From the NCBI RefSeq assembly GCF_963921235.1, contig NC_086108.1, positions 11,098,001 to 11,162,000 of the forward strand: a DNA stretch of 64,000 bases, in the 5' to 3' direction. The translations under genes and the position numbers were made by a program. A model generated the notes under the pieces. It saw only the letters and a list, made by a program, of their open reading frames with translations. It was not told the DNA's origin and searched no databases. How positions within the stretch are numbered: position 1 is the stretch's first letter; every line of letters starts with the position of its first letter. Positions 24,790 through 37,544 of this stretch are shown here, one piece after another. The stretch comes from Mobula hypostoma (lineage: Eukaryota).

Positions 24790-25450
24790 AGACCATTGGA
24801 CTGTAGATATATGAGCAGAATTAGGCCATTTGGCCCATTTTGTCTGCTCCACCATTTCATCATGGTTGATCTATTTTCCATCTCAGCCCCAATCTCCTGT
24901 CCTCTCCCTATATCCCTTCATGCCCTGACCAATCAAGAACCTATCAACCTCTGCCTTGAATATACGCAATGACCTGGCCTCCACAGCCACTTGTGGCAAT
25001 GAATTCCACAGATTCTCCACTCTCTGACTAAAGAAATTCCTCCTCGTCTCTATTCTAAAAGAACGCCCCTCTATTCTGAGATTGTGTCTTAGACTCTCCC
25101 ATGATTGGAAATGTTCTCTCCACATCCACTCTATTGAAGCCTTTCAGTATTACAAATGCACAGTAAAATGGAAATGGTGCGTTATACTGTATATGTCGAT
25201 GTACATGTGATAAATCTGAAGAAGTTTCCCTTCGTGTTCTCCTTAAATGTTTCACATTTCACCCTTAACCTGTGACCATTCGTTGTTGTCCCACACAACC
25301 TCCGGTGGAAAAGCCTGCTGGCATTTATCCTATCTATATCCCTCATAATTTAATATACCTCTATCAAATCTCCCCTCAATCTTCTATGTTCCTAGGAATA
25401 AAGTCCAAACCTGTTCAATCTTTCCTTACAACTCAGGCCCTCCCGACCTG
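24790..25450 (-). mobile_element. Two CR1 3' fragments
   Basis: LRIEGRSFRIETRRNFFSQRVENLWNSLP and a second-subfamily fragment. Confidence 0.8.
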
Positions 25451-26227
25451 CCACCATTCTCTTTACGATGAATGGTTCCTTCCACAAGACAGCCTAATAG
25501 GGGGAATGCCTTTGGGGTGGTGGGGCTGTGGTCACTGCTGTGACAGCATACATAGCGGTACATGGTTACCTGACTTTACCAGACATCTGAGAGCAAACAA
25601 AACACTTTGTGGCTTTCCACCTAACACAGTGGGAACTGAACTGGAAATGGGAGAGACACCATCCAACAGTTTGAAGGCATAAATGATAGAGATAAAATCC
25701 CAAACTCAAAGGTTCGAAGCAAAATAATTCACAGCCATGTGAGAAATTTCATCAAGATAGAAGTCTCACTCTATTCTATTTATAACCTATGCCTCCAAGC
25801 ACAGTGAAAATGGATGCTAATGAAATCTTTCAGGAGAGGTGGCTGTCTAGATCAGTCCTCTGTTTGATGAGGAGCGGGGAGTAATTGATTCCAATCCCTC
25901 TGTGAATCTACATAACGCGTTTGAATCTACATTCTGGCAGATGAGCCACAATCTCATATCAAAGCATGAGACAATGAGCTCAAAGGTTCCTGGTGTAAAC
26001 ACCACCACAGCTTCATTCAGGCCTCCAGTAGACAGGACAAGGCCTAGACCGGGGATTCTCAACCAATTTTATGCCAGTGTTGTTATTCATTTTCATGCCT
26101 GGTGACGTGTCAGGTGCCATTTTTTTGCCGCTTCCTTAGCACTTACCTGTTCTTCACAAGGCTGAGTTACTAGCTCGATGCTCAACCCAGCGGGAATGGA
26201 AAGCATGCAAGGAGCAGGCCGGATTCC

Positions 26228-28590
26228 ATAAGACCATAAGACACAGGAGCAGAATTAGGCCATTCAGCCCATCGAGTCTGGTCTGCCACTCTATTATGGC
26301 TGATCCCAGATCTCACTCAACCTCATACACCTGCCTTCTCGCCATACCCTTTGATGCCCTGACCTATCAGGAAACTATCAATTTCCACTTTAAATAAACC
26401 AACGGACTTGGTCTCCACCGCAGTCTGTGGTAGAGCATTCCACAGATTCACTACTCTCTGGCTAAAAAAATTCCTCCTTACCTCTGTTCTAAAGGGTCAG
26501 CCCTAGATTTGAGGCTGTGCCCTCTAGTTATGGACACCCCCACCATAGGAAACATCCTCTCCACATCCACTCTATCTAGTCTTTTCAGCATTTGGTAGGT
26601 TTCAATTAGATCCCCCCACATTATTCTAAATCCCAGTGGGTACAGGCCCAAAGCTGCCAAACATTCCCCATATGTTAACCCCTTCATTCCCGGAATAATC
26701 CTCGTGAACCTTCTCTGGACTCTCTCCAATGACAGTGCATCCTTTCTGAGATATGAGGCCCAAAACTGTTGACAATACTCCAAGTGCAGCCCGACTAGTT
26801 GTCAGTACCTCCAGTTGAACTCTGTCTTTTTGTGTGTTTTTCCCCTAGCTGTCATTCTGTGTTTTTTTATTGCCATGTGCTCTTGTTTGTTTTTGTGCCC
26901 CATGTGCTACTACTCCGGCCCCTGTACTACTGAGTACTCCGTCTCTCATCTGTTTCTCATTATTACCTGTATTGCTGCCACCTGGGTCTCATTGTGCTCC
27001 ACCTATCATCTGCCTCTCTGTTTATTGTCAGTGTATTTCAGTCCTGTGTGTTCACCTGTTTGTTGCCAGATTGTGCCAGTGAGTTTTCCTGAGCCTTTCC
27101 AGCATTTGTATCTGTACTGTCCGTCTGAATAATGACTCTGCCTGTTTCCAGATTCTGGTTTTTGGATTTCTCTGGATGTTTTGATCTCTGCCTGAACTTT
27201 GACGCTGACTTTGTTTGCACCTCGGGATATGTTACTCAATTAATATCACTGTGTGCGCAGTACTGGGTCTGCGATTAGATCCTTGCGCCAATGCCCTGAC
27301 ACTGGTATCTAATGAAGGCTCAACATTATCTCCTTGATTTTATATTCTATTCCCCTTGAAATAAATGCCAACATTGCACTTATCTTCTTTATCATAGATT
27401 CAACCTGTGAATTAACCTTCTGGGAGTCTTGCATGAGGATTCCTAAGTCCCTCTGCACTCCTGATGTTTGAATGTTTTCCCCATCCAGATAATAGTCTGC
27501 ACTATTCCTTTTACCATAATGCATTATCATACATTTCCCGACACTGTATTCTATCTGCCACTTCTTTGCCCATTTTTCCAATTTGTCTAAGTCCTTCTGC
27601 AATTGCATTGCTTCCTCAGCACTACCTACCCATCCACCTATCTTTGTATCATCTGCAAACTTTTCCACAAAACCATCAATTCCATTATCTAAATCAAACA
27701 ATGTGAAAAGCAGCATCCCAATACTGACCCCTGAGGAACACCACTAGTCACTGGCAACTAACCAGAAAAGGCCCCTTTCATTCCCGCTGAGTGTCAGCCA
27801 TTCCGCTATCCGTGCCAGTATCTTTCCTGTAACACCACAGGATTTCATCTTGTTAAGCAGCCTCTTCTGTGGAACCTTATCAAATGTCCAAGTAAATGAC
27901 ATCCCCTGCCTCTCCTTTGTTCACCCTACTTGTTACTTCCTGGAAGAACTCTAACAGATTTGTCAAGGAAGACTACGGAAACCATGCTGACTTTGACTTA
28001 TTTTATCATTAGTCTCCAAGTACCTGAAACCTCATCCTTAATAATAGACTCCAACACTTTCCCAACCACTGAGGTTAGGCTAACTGGCCTATAATTTACT
28101 TTCTTTTGAGTTCCTCCTTTCTTATAAAGTGAAATGACATTTGGAATCTTCCTGTCCTGGGACCATGCCAGAATCAAATGATTCTTAAAAGATCATAACC
28201 AGAGCATCCATTATCTCTTCAGAAACCTCTCCCAGAACTCTGGGATGTAGTCCATCTGGTCCCGATGACTTATCCACCTTAAACCCCTTCAATTTGTCCA
28301 TCACTTCTTGCTTTGTAATATTAATGACAGTAACTCCTGCTCCCTGACACTCACAGACCTCTGGCACACTGCTAGTGCCTTTCACAGTGAAGAATGATGC
28401 AAAGTACCCATTAAGTTCATCTGCCATTTCTTTGTTCCCCATTACTACCTCACCAGCATCATTTTCTAGTGGTCCAATATCAACGTTCGCCTCCCTTTTA
28501 TTCTTTACATAACTGAAAAAAACTTCTGGTATCCTGCCTTATATTATTGGCAAGTCTACTCTCATATTTCATCTTTTCTCTTCTTATGGC
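26228..28590 (-). mobile_element. ~1.9-kb CR1 ORF2 remnant split by a solo LTR
   Basis: MGNKEMADELNGYF..DKSSGPDGLHPRVL; KFADDTKIGG; EYCQQFWASYLRKD; CR1 tail at 26228. Confidence 0.93.
26800..27301. mobile_element. Solo LTR, 502 bp, 5-bp TSD
   Basis: TGTCAG...CTGACA termini; ctagt / ctggt flanks; CR1 sequence resumes across it. Confidence 0.85.
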
Positions 28591-28709
28591 TTCTGGCACC
28601 ATTGGCCTCAAAATCACTACACCACTACCAGTTATTTTATGCCATGGACCCCAGTTTGGGAACCCTTAATCCAGACTCTAGACCGAACCCCTGGTCCAGG
28701 GTGATAAAC

Positions 28710-29210
28710 AGGAGAGGATGTTTCCCATGGTGAAGAAATCCAGGACCAGAGGGCGCAACCTCAGAACATGGATATGAATCCTCTCTATACCCATTCAGAA
28801 TGGGGACAAAGAGGAATTTCTTTGGCCAGAGGGTGGTAATTCTTTGGAATTAGTTGGGTATATTTAAGGTGGAGGTTGATAGGTTCTTGATTAGGCAAGG
28901 CATGAAGGGCTACAGAGATAAGTCAGGAGTTCAAAGGTTCAAAGGTTTCAAAAGTACATTTAATGAAAGAGAAATATGTACAATATAAATCCCGAAATTC
29001 TTTTCTTCGCAAACATCCTTGAAAATAGAGGAGTGCCTCAAAGAATAAATGACAGTTAAATGTTAGAACCCCAAAGTCCTCACCCCCAGCTCTCCCCTCC
29101 CACAGAGAAGCATCAGCAAAGTTTGGGGCTGAGAGGTAAATAGATCAGCCATGATGAAATAGCGGAGCAGACTCGTTGGGCCAAATGGCCTAATTCTGCC
29201 CCAAAGCCTT
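28710..29210 (+). mobile_element. CR1 3' fragment with a nested tail-type insertion
   Basis: ERMFPMV..RTRG.NLR; tail gccaaatggcctaattctgc. Confidence 0.75.
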
Positions 29211-29405
29211 AGAGTCCAAACATCATTGTTACTTGATTAGAAACAACCTGAGATAAAACATGCTCTGACTCTGCCATCTTCTGTGTCTCGGTAAAAGAAA
29301 ACAACATTTTACAGAAACTTACAGAAACTTCTGATGAGTCAGAGTGTGTGATCTCCACCCGATGTGGTGACAATTAGCTCAAGACCAATCCCTACTATTC
29401 CATAC

Positions 29406-29716
29406 GGTGCGACTCTCTCTCAGAACCGATCTCCCAAGGTGCGACTCTCTCTCAGAACCGATCTCCCAAGGTGCGACTCTCTCTCAGAACCGATCTCCCA
29501 AGGTGCGACTCTCTCTCAGAACCGATCTCCCAAGGTGCGACTCTCTCTCAGAACCGATCTCCCAAGGTGCGACTCTCTCTCAGAACCGATCTCCCAAGGT
29601 GCGACTCTCTCTCAGAACCGATCTCCCACGGTGCAACTCTCTCTCAGAACCGATCTCCCACAGTGCGACTCTCTCTCAGAACCAATCTCCCACGGTGTGA
29701 CTCTCCCTCAGTACCA
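29406..29716. repeat. 32-bp minisatellite, ~9.6 copies
   Basis: Unit ggtgcgactctctctcagaaccgatctcccaa; first six units identical. Confidence 0.98.
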
Positions 29717-29719
29717 TCC

Positions 29720-32570
29720 TTTTTTTTAAACAAAACTCTGTAAGTTTATTTACATCACAAATACATAAGGTACAGACATTTAGTATTTACAAGACTGAAG
29801 ACTAAGTACACTCAGATTAAAATATGGATACTACCATCTATTAGACAATCAGTACCCCGGGGGGGGGTGGCCCACTGCTCCCATAAATCTCCCAACGTGC
29901 TCATTATCACTGTATGCTCCCTCTCCAAGGGCAGCCAGGCATGAACATATCCAAGAAAAAGGGGCAGGCAGTCGGCCCAGGCAGCACCCTCGACTTTCCG
30001 CCACCTAGACTCGTGAATGTCCATCTTGGCCAGGCCCAGGAGCAAACCCACCAGGAGATCTTCCTTGCGACCCGCACCCTTCCATACTGGGGGCCTGTAT
30101 ATGAGGAGCAGGGAGCTAAAGTGCAGCCAGAAGCTGAGCAGCAGCCCCTTGAGAAACTCAAATGGGGCTACAACCTCTCATATTCCGTGTAAGCACGGTA
30201 CACTGACTCCTCCCGGCCACAGAATGGACAGGTGGACGGGGTGTCAGTGAACCTGTTGTACGGTACTGCCTGATGCAACACCTTCAACCCCAGGTCCCCA
30301 ATGTACAGGGGAAGGACCCCTGTGTAAAGAGATTTTCACTGGAGACTTCATCCACTGTCAGATGGTAAAACGGACCTCCAAGGTGAGGTCAGTCAGCAGA
30401 CGAAGACAAGGAAGTGAAAGGTGTGCAGGAGCAGCCCGTACAAGAAACGTTTTGGAGCGTCATGGAACGGCACGGTGGGCATCCCCGTGAGACGGCTCAC
30501 GTTGTGCGGGACCCTCTCCCGCGTGGTCTCCTGAGACCTGGGTCTGAGAGCACATCAGGTGGTGAGGCAGACATAATGCCTCCACATCCCCGAGCCCCTC
30601 TGACACCCACCGAAATAGGATTGGGACCAGCTCCCCCAGCAGCAGCTAGAGCATCAACCGTCACAGCAGCACCCAGCCCGGATGAGGCCAGACCCCAAAC
30701 CCTCCACCGTTCCCGGTAGAAGCGAGGCAGTTCCCTCAGAGCGGCACGGCAGACATCACCCGGCGAGGAGACCTGCTGGAAGCCTCGCATCTTCTGCAAC
30801 CAACCAGGTTGGTGACCATAAGGAGGATGTCATTGGCGTAAGCCAAAAGTACGACCTCCATGACTGGTTCATGTAGAACCAAACCCGTTAACCTCGTGCG
30901 GAGAAGGCACAGGAATAGCTCCACACAAACCGACTGTCCCGTCATGGGACACCCCTGACACACCCCCTCCCAAAGCACAAGGGTGCTGTCAAGGACTTGT
31001 TGACCTTAACTAGGCACTCTGCGGCAGTGTACAGAAGTCAGACATGGGCCATAAAATGCTTGCAGAGACCCAAAAAGGTACTCATGGTCCACCCTGTCAA
31101 ATGCCTTCTCATGGTCGAGGGAGAGAAGAGCAAATGACATTCCAGCCTCCTGGCACAGGTAGATCAGATCCCGCACAATGTGGATATTGTCCTCGATCGA
31201 CCGCCCCGGGACCGTGTAGGACTGGTCAGGGTGGACCACTTGTGCCAACACGGAGCCCAAACGATTGGCCATTGCCTGGGCAAAGATCTTGTACTCCACA
31301 ATGTGGAGGGACACTGGACACCAATTTCTCAGGCAACGGAGATCCCTCTCTTTGGCAGCAGGGCCAAGACTGCTCTGCGCCAAGAGAGGGGCATCTCACC
31401 CATTGCCATACCCTCCCCAAGAACTCCTGCATAACCAGCCCCTAGGATGTCCCAGAAGCCCCAGAGAAATTCAACCGTCAACCCATCTAGCCGCGGGGAT
31501 TTGCCTCTCTGCAGCTGATTGAGGGCACTGGTCAGCTCCTCCAAAGGTAGCAGGGCGTCTAGACGCTCAGCATCCCCAGGGCTGACCCTCGGCAAGTCCC
31601 CCCAAAGAGCCCTGCATGTGTGTGGGTCCTGTGAGAATAGAGCCTCGTAACAGGAGTAGACTTCAACAATAATTCTCACTGGATCCATGACGGAGGAGCT
31701 ACCCTCTGCTAGTAACTCAACGAGCTCCCTGCGGACACCCCTGCCCTTCTCGAGAGAATGGGAGAAGGGCGAGGCGTGGTTCCGATCCTGCAGCATCTGG
31801 ACCTGTGACCTCACGTAAGCACCTCGGAACCTCTCAAGCTGCAGGTGCCTCAGTGCCTCCTTCCTCCACTGGTACTCGGCCCAGAGGGGCTGGTCCCCGT
31901 TGGTCAGCCCCAGCCGGGACTCCAGGTCGACCAGCTCCTTCTCGAGCCGATCCACCCCAAACTTCCACCGTTTGGTCGGCCGGCGTGCGTATTCCTGGCA
32001 GAACAGTCGGATGTGAGTCTTATCCACATTCCACCAGAGTCTCAGAGAGGGGAAACTCCCCCGCTCCTCCTGCCAGGACTCCCAGAACAGCCGGGTCGTC
32101 CTCCAGCAGCCGGTTGTTGAAATACCAGCACGCCGACCCTACCCGTGCGGGCAGCGCATTCAGCTCCACCCACACCCGGCGATGGTCCGAGAATGCAACC
32201 GGCCACATGGAGGCGGCCGACACCCAGGAGACGTTCCCCACCCCTGCCTTGGGAAGGCACAGACGTCAGGGTGAAGGCTCCGCCCCCACATCGACCAAAT
32301 CCGAAGTCACGACCAACTCCTGTAACTTCCTCGCCGATGCTCGGCTATGGTTTATGCATCCTAGCAACGCAGACACCTCTCGGAGCAGGCGCACCTGTAC
32401 CAGGCCAGGCTCAGGGCCATACGCATTGACAAAGTGCATCGGCACGCCATCCTGACGCTTGGCGAGGTGAAGCAGGCAGCCTGGCAACAGATCCTGAACC
32501 TTCACTATTTCAGGCTGCAGAAAAGGTGCCACCATGATGGAAGTGGAGCTGAGGTGGCCCTGGGTTATCA
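29720..32570 (-). mobile_element. Tx1-clade retrotransposon remnant: APE endonuclease, RT, 3' end and poly(A)
   Basis: HFVNAYGP, AFSDH, WYFNNRLL, GKSPRLDGLTVEF, NWCPVSL, DHEKAFDRVDH, QGCPMTG, YAND; 3' aataaa and A-tail at ~29720-29750; internal deletions. Confidence 0.92.
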
Positions 32571-33284
32571 TGAAAAGAATGCAAACTCTTTCTTCAGTTC
32601 TTCTCTGCCCTTCCCTCTGGAATTACCCCATGTGTCCATTAGATCCCAGCCTGAAACTTTGACTGTTTATTCCTCTCCATAGATGCTGTCTGACCTGCTG
32701 AGTTCCTCCAGCAGTTTGTGTGTGGCTCTGGATTTCCAGCATCTGAAGATTCTCTTGTGTTCATTACACAGACTCAGCTGGGACTTTGATCTGAGCTCTT
32801 GATCCAGGATTAGCATACTGTGATCAGGATTAGAATGCTGTGATAGAATCCTTCCAATAGGAAGTCCATTGACTGTGAGACAATCTGGTTGCATTGTCGA
32901 TTTAACCTCTCTGAATTAATTCTGGGAAATCCTTCCTGTGTTCTGACATTTAACAGACTAGCATTACTTTTGTGAATGAAATGGGGACTGACTGATCAAT
33001 GGTTCAAAGTTCAAAGTTTATTTATTATCTAAGTGTGCGTGTAGTATACAACCCTGAGATTCATCTTCTCACAGACAGCGACAAAACAAGGAAAATCATG
33101 TAACTCACCCAAAGAGAAATTTCAAATGCACAAAAAAAGAAAACAAATCATGCAAACGGCAAAGACATCCAGTGAAAAAATATAAAACATCAAACCACAA
33201 AGTTGTCAAAAGAGTCCAGGTGTATTCGGTTCAGCTCAATCCCTCACTGAATCATTCACTGTCTGTAGGCCGTAGATCCTGGTG

Positions 33285-33725
33285 TGTAGGAACTTACACA
33301 AACCCCACTCAGCTGTTGAAATGTGAACAAAGCCACAGTAGAGATGCAACTGGCAGATACAACAGCAGTCTTTTATTCAACAAAATGAGACACCTGTCTG
33401 GAGGAAGAGGCCTGTTTGATCCAATATTGCATGATATTTTATATGCTAAAGATTAAAGGACAGTTTTATATTTACCATGTATCTACAAAGCTTCCTTTGA
33501 CTTACATATAATTTTCACAGCCCCTTCTTTGCACCCATACTCCAGACACCCAAAATCGATGTTAATCTGCATTGTCTGGTTTTTCAATTACCTGCCGTCC
33601 ACAGCTCCAGGAACCTATTGATCAGAGCTGCATTTTAAATTTAATTTATAATCACATTCAAGTCCAAAGGTTGGTTACTGAAGTTAATATTTGCGATATA
33701 CCTAATTCCGGAACATGCCCAAACA
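33285..33725 (-). mobile_element. Possible solo LTR
   Basis: TGTAGG...CCAAACA ends and reverse AATAAA at ~33372; no TSD verified. Confidence 0.35.
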
Positions 33726-34187
33726 CACCCATAACTTCCTTCCTGTTAGTATGATTTATCTTGATTGGTGAGTAATTAAATTAACTGATATAATTTCCTT
33801 AAGTAATTCTGTGGCGCTTTCCCTCATTAAAATAAATGGCACATTGTAAAGGCACTGCCTCCGAGTTTGGGGATTGCGACTATGTTAATTCTATTTAATT
33901 CAATTTTAATACGTTTTAGATTAATGAATTGAAGTCCATTAAATGACTATGTTCTCCCTGTTGAAATGAACGATCCACAGGTTGACTAGAACTGGTTTGC
34001 CTGATAGGTTTTACGAGCACAAACACACTTGTGACTTCCAGAGGATCCTGTGCAGGTCTGGAATTGCAATTGGAACTAGACTATTATAGTCACATGTTCG
34101 AGCTTGTCGTGCACCCTGTTCATACAGAACAAGTCATTCCACAGTGAGTAGAACAAAGCGCCATTTGAATATCAGAAGGGTTTGCCG

Positions 34188-34935
34188 CACTTCAGTCCCA
34201 CATTCCAGATATATGGGCACCCAGTACAGAAGGAGGTAAGCCAATCGGAGGATCTACTGGTGGGGCTTGCTCCTGGGCCTGGCCAAGATGACCATCCTGC
34301 TTCAGAATCAGGTGTATTATCACTGGCATATGTCGTGAAAATTGTTAAAGTTGTGAAACTTGTTAACTTAGCTGCAGCAGAACAATGCAATACATGATAA
34401 ACTATATTGTAATTCGTATTTTATTGCCTTGTTCTGCTGCTGCATATGTATAAAATGGTTAAATAAATCATGCTAAAATAGAAATATGGAAGTAGTGAGG
34501 TGGTGTTCATGGGTTCAATGTTCATTCAGAAATCGGATGGCAGGGAGGAAGAAGCTGTTCCTGAATCACTGAGTGTGTGCCTGCAGGCTCTTATACCTCC
34601 TCCCCAATGGTAGCCATGAGAAGAGGGCATGTCCTCAGTGGTGGGAGTCCTGAATGATGGATGCCACCTTTCACAGGTCCAGGCGGTGGGAAGTCCGGGG
34701 CTCTGTCAGGACCGACTGCCTGCTCCCCTTCCGAAGATACATTCCTTCCTGCCTTGGCGAAGGACATGCGGTCACAATGGGTACACTGGGGCATTTCCAG
34801 GAGTGTGGGCCACTCAGGGAATTGACTGTTTTATAGACAGTAGTAACCATATTTTAATCTGAGTGTACTCACTGTCTTGTAAATACTTAATGTTTGTACT
34901 TTGTGTGTTTGTTGTGTAAATAAACTTTCATGGTT
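34188..34935 (+). mobile_element. Tx1 3' end, interrupted by a minus-strand Rex-Babar fragment (34300-34670)
   Basis: Homologous to reverse complement of 29730-30130 (LLLGLAKM..DCL..HILI*). Confidence 0.8.
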
Positions 34936-35189
34936 TTGGGGAAAAGAAGAGGCAGAACAGGGTAAAACAATAACAATGCAAAGTGTAACAGCAACAGAGA
35001 AAATCCACTGCAGGTAACTGATAAGGTGCAAGGTCGAGGTAGGTTGTGAGTTCAAGAGTGCATCGTATCATACGAGGTAACCATTCGGTAGTCCTATAAC
35101 ACCGGTGTAGAAGCTGTCCTTGAGCCGAGCAACACGTGCTTTCAGTCTGTTGTATCTTCTACCTAATGGGAGAGGGGTGGCGGTGTGGG

Positions 35190-35500
35190 GATACGTCTCT
35201 GCCAAAGGAGGTACAGGGTGCTCCTTCCCTCCGCTAGCCTGCAGGTCACCCTTGGGCAAGGTATAGAACCTGCTTAACACAGACCCCAATTAGGGTCACA
35301 TGAAGACATGGGAGCAGGTCGTATGAGCTGTTGGTGCATATCACAAATCCTGGTTATGGGACCACTGATGCCAGGTGGAAAATCTCTGAAGAGTATTGAT
35401 AATGGCTTGGGTCACCTGTCTTGTAAAGACACTGCCCGGAAGGTGGCAATGGAAAACCTCTTCTGTAGAAAAATTTGTCAAGAAAATCATGGTCATGGGA
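35190..35500 (+). mobile_element. RTE-related non-autonomous family copy 1
   Basis: gatacgtctctgccaaaggagg..gaaggcaatggcaaa-type motif; copies at 48914-49285 and 55588-55975. Confidence 0.7.
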
Positions 35501-35773
35501 AGTCCTAACCTATTCAAACTTTCCCCATAACTCATGTCCTCAAGTTCTGGCAACATCCTTGCAAACTTGGTGTCATTTGAATTTGTGGAAGGGGAGGAAC
35601 TATTTTATTCTAGTTAATGTTGGATGGATTATGGAGGTGCTAGACACGTGGAATGGCCTCTTGAAGAATTGGTGCAGGATTGTCAAAATCTGAAGTTGAG
35701 CAACAGAGGTGGGGCGATCACCCCAAACTAAAACTCTGTCTCTCTCTGTTTTCCCATTCAGGACAGCCTAGAG

Positions 35774-35855
35774 CAAGGGTTCCCGACCTTCCTTTTGCCT
35801 TGGATCCCTTCCGGTAACTGAGGGGCCCATGGAACCCAGGTTGGGAAACTCCCTG
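35774..35855. mobile_element. 82-bp hAT-like MITE
   Basis: caagggttccc...gggaaactccctg; 8-bp flanks gcctagag / acctagaa. Confidence 0.7.
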
Positions 35856-36029
35856 ACCTAGAAGCAATGCTGGAGCACAGCAGGTCAAGCAGCATCTAGG
35901 GAAAAGTATACAGGCAACATTTGAGACCCAAACCCTTCATTGGGCCCAAAGGCTGATTTGATTAAAAGACTTTCTTCATATATATGAGTTTATCTGGATT
36001 CAGCAAAGCAATCTGGACTGCCTCGTTGA

Positions 36030-36350
36030 GTACCTCAATCCAGCACAAGCAGGACTTCGTGGTGGCCAGACATCTTAATTCCCATTCCCTTCCCATTCCA
36101 ACATGTCAATCCATGGCCTCCTCTTGTGCCAAGGTCCACTCTCCTCTCCTATCAGATTCCTTCTCCTCTACCTTTCCCATCCACCTGGCTCCACCTCCTT
36201 CCACTCTGCCCACTTTTTTATTCCGGCGTCTTCCCCCTTCCTTCTCAGTCCTGAAGAACGGTCTTGGGCCGAAACGTCGACTGTTGATTCATTTCCATAG
36301 ATACTGCCTGACCTGCTGAGTTCCTCCAGAGTCTTATGTGTGTTGCTTTA
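36030..36350 (+). mobile_element. PLE 3' remnant
   Basis: VARHLNS..MSIHGLLLCQ then pyrimidine-rich pLTR-like segment and ccatagat.ctgcctgacctgctgagttcctccag end. Confidence 0.7.
36246..36283 (+). ncRNA. Minimal type I hammerhead ribozyme motif (PLE-associated)
   Basis: cagtc-CTGAAGA-ac-ggtc-ttg-ggcc-GAAAC-GTC-gactg: stem I cagtc/gactg, CUGANGA and GAAA core, palindromic ACGT stem III, GUC cleavage triplet; stem II slightly mutated. Confidence 0.65.
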
Positions 36351-36609
36351 GTCTTAGTCTGGTTGGTTGTTCAAATTCCACTCTGTAGACTGAAACTTAA
36401 AACACCAGTTGTTGTTACTGAACGTACTAACAATGTGAGGAGCTTTCTCCCTGTCAGAAAGATCTCATGGTGTTTGCTCATCATGTCCACTGATGACAGA
36501 ATACCTTCTCGGGGGGGGGGGGTAGTATTTGGATAAGCTGTTGTACTGAGGCAGCTCCATCCTTGCGACCTCGGAAGTCCTAGTCCATTGGTATGAGTAG
36601 TCATCACTC

Positions 36610-37125
36610 CTGGAGTCTGTCCATGGTCTCCTTTGCAGCTGCGATGAGGCCACACTCAGGTTGGAGGAGCACACCTTGTATTCTGTTTGAGTAGCCTCCA
36701 ACCAAATGGCATGGATATTGATTTCTCAAACTACTGCTAGTTGCCTCCCCCATCTGTCACCATTCCTCATTCCCATTTCCCTCTCTCACCGTATCTCCTT
36801 ACCTGCCCATCACCTCCCTCTGGTGCTCCTCCCTCTTTCCTCTCTTCCGTGGCCTTCTGTCCTCTCCTAGCAGATTCCCCCTTCTCCAGCCCTGTATCTC
36901 TTCCACCAATCAACTTCCCAGCTCTTTACTTCACCCCTCCCCCTCCCAGTTTCACCTATCACCTACCATCCCTTACTACTCCCTCCCTTCCTCCTACTTT
37001 CTTGGTCTGAATGCTTCTCCCTTCCTTTCCAGTCCTGAAGAAAGGTCTCAGCCCAAAATGACAACTGTTTATTCATTTCCATAGATGCTGCCTGGCCTGC
37101 TGAGTTCCTCTGGCATTTTGTGCGC
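36610..37125 (+). mobile_element. PLE 3' remnant with degenerate hammerhead at ~37030-37067
   Basis: DEATLRLEE..LVFCLSSLQPNGMDIDF, then cagtcctgaagaaaggtctcagcccaaaatgacaactg. Confidence 0.75.
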
Positions 37126-37134
37126 GTGGTTTTG

Positions 37135-37465
37135 GAGTCTTCTTACTTTGCGGTGGATGGCCATGATGTCTTCTGTGCCTTGTCATGCCCTTTGTTCTCA
37201 CTGGAGCATTGCAGTACCATTTTCCTGGCCATTCAATCTCACTGTAGATCTCATCGGCCCATCTGCACGCTGGGACAGGCATGCCCCTGTCTCACTGGAG
37301 TACCCTCACCTGGTTTAGCCCTCCTGTCAAAGCAGTATACGGCGGTGGGGGGGCGCGGTGCGGCTGCAGCCACATGTAAACAGCTACTTGGAGCAGTGGG
37401 GACTGAAGGTGAATGGACACGACAAGCACTGTCACCGGAGGTGCTACCCCTCTCTGGGCACCCCA
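37135..37465 (-). mobile_element. RTE-derived non-autonomous element
   Basis: Homologous to 14555-15117. Confidence 0.55.
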
Positions 37466-37544
37466 CACATCAGAAAAAAGGTCCTATGGACACTATTGAA
37501 GTGCAGCACAAAGGTTCCCCAGAGCTTTGTGGCCATTATTTAGA

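Noticed and set aside
29364..29743. CRISPR-like appearance and repeat-protein ORFs of the 32-bp array (likewise the 28-bp array)
   Set aside because: Head-to-tail units with no unique spacers, no cas genes, eukaryotic context.
31805..32455. 216-aa Pro/Arg-rich plus-strand ORF
   Set aside because: Antisense of GC-rich Tx1 ORF2.
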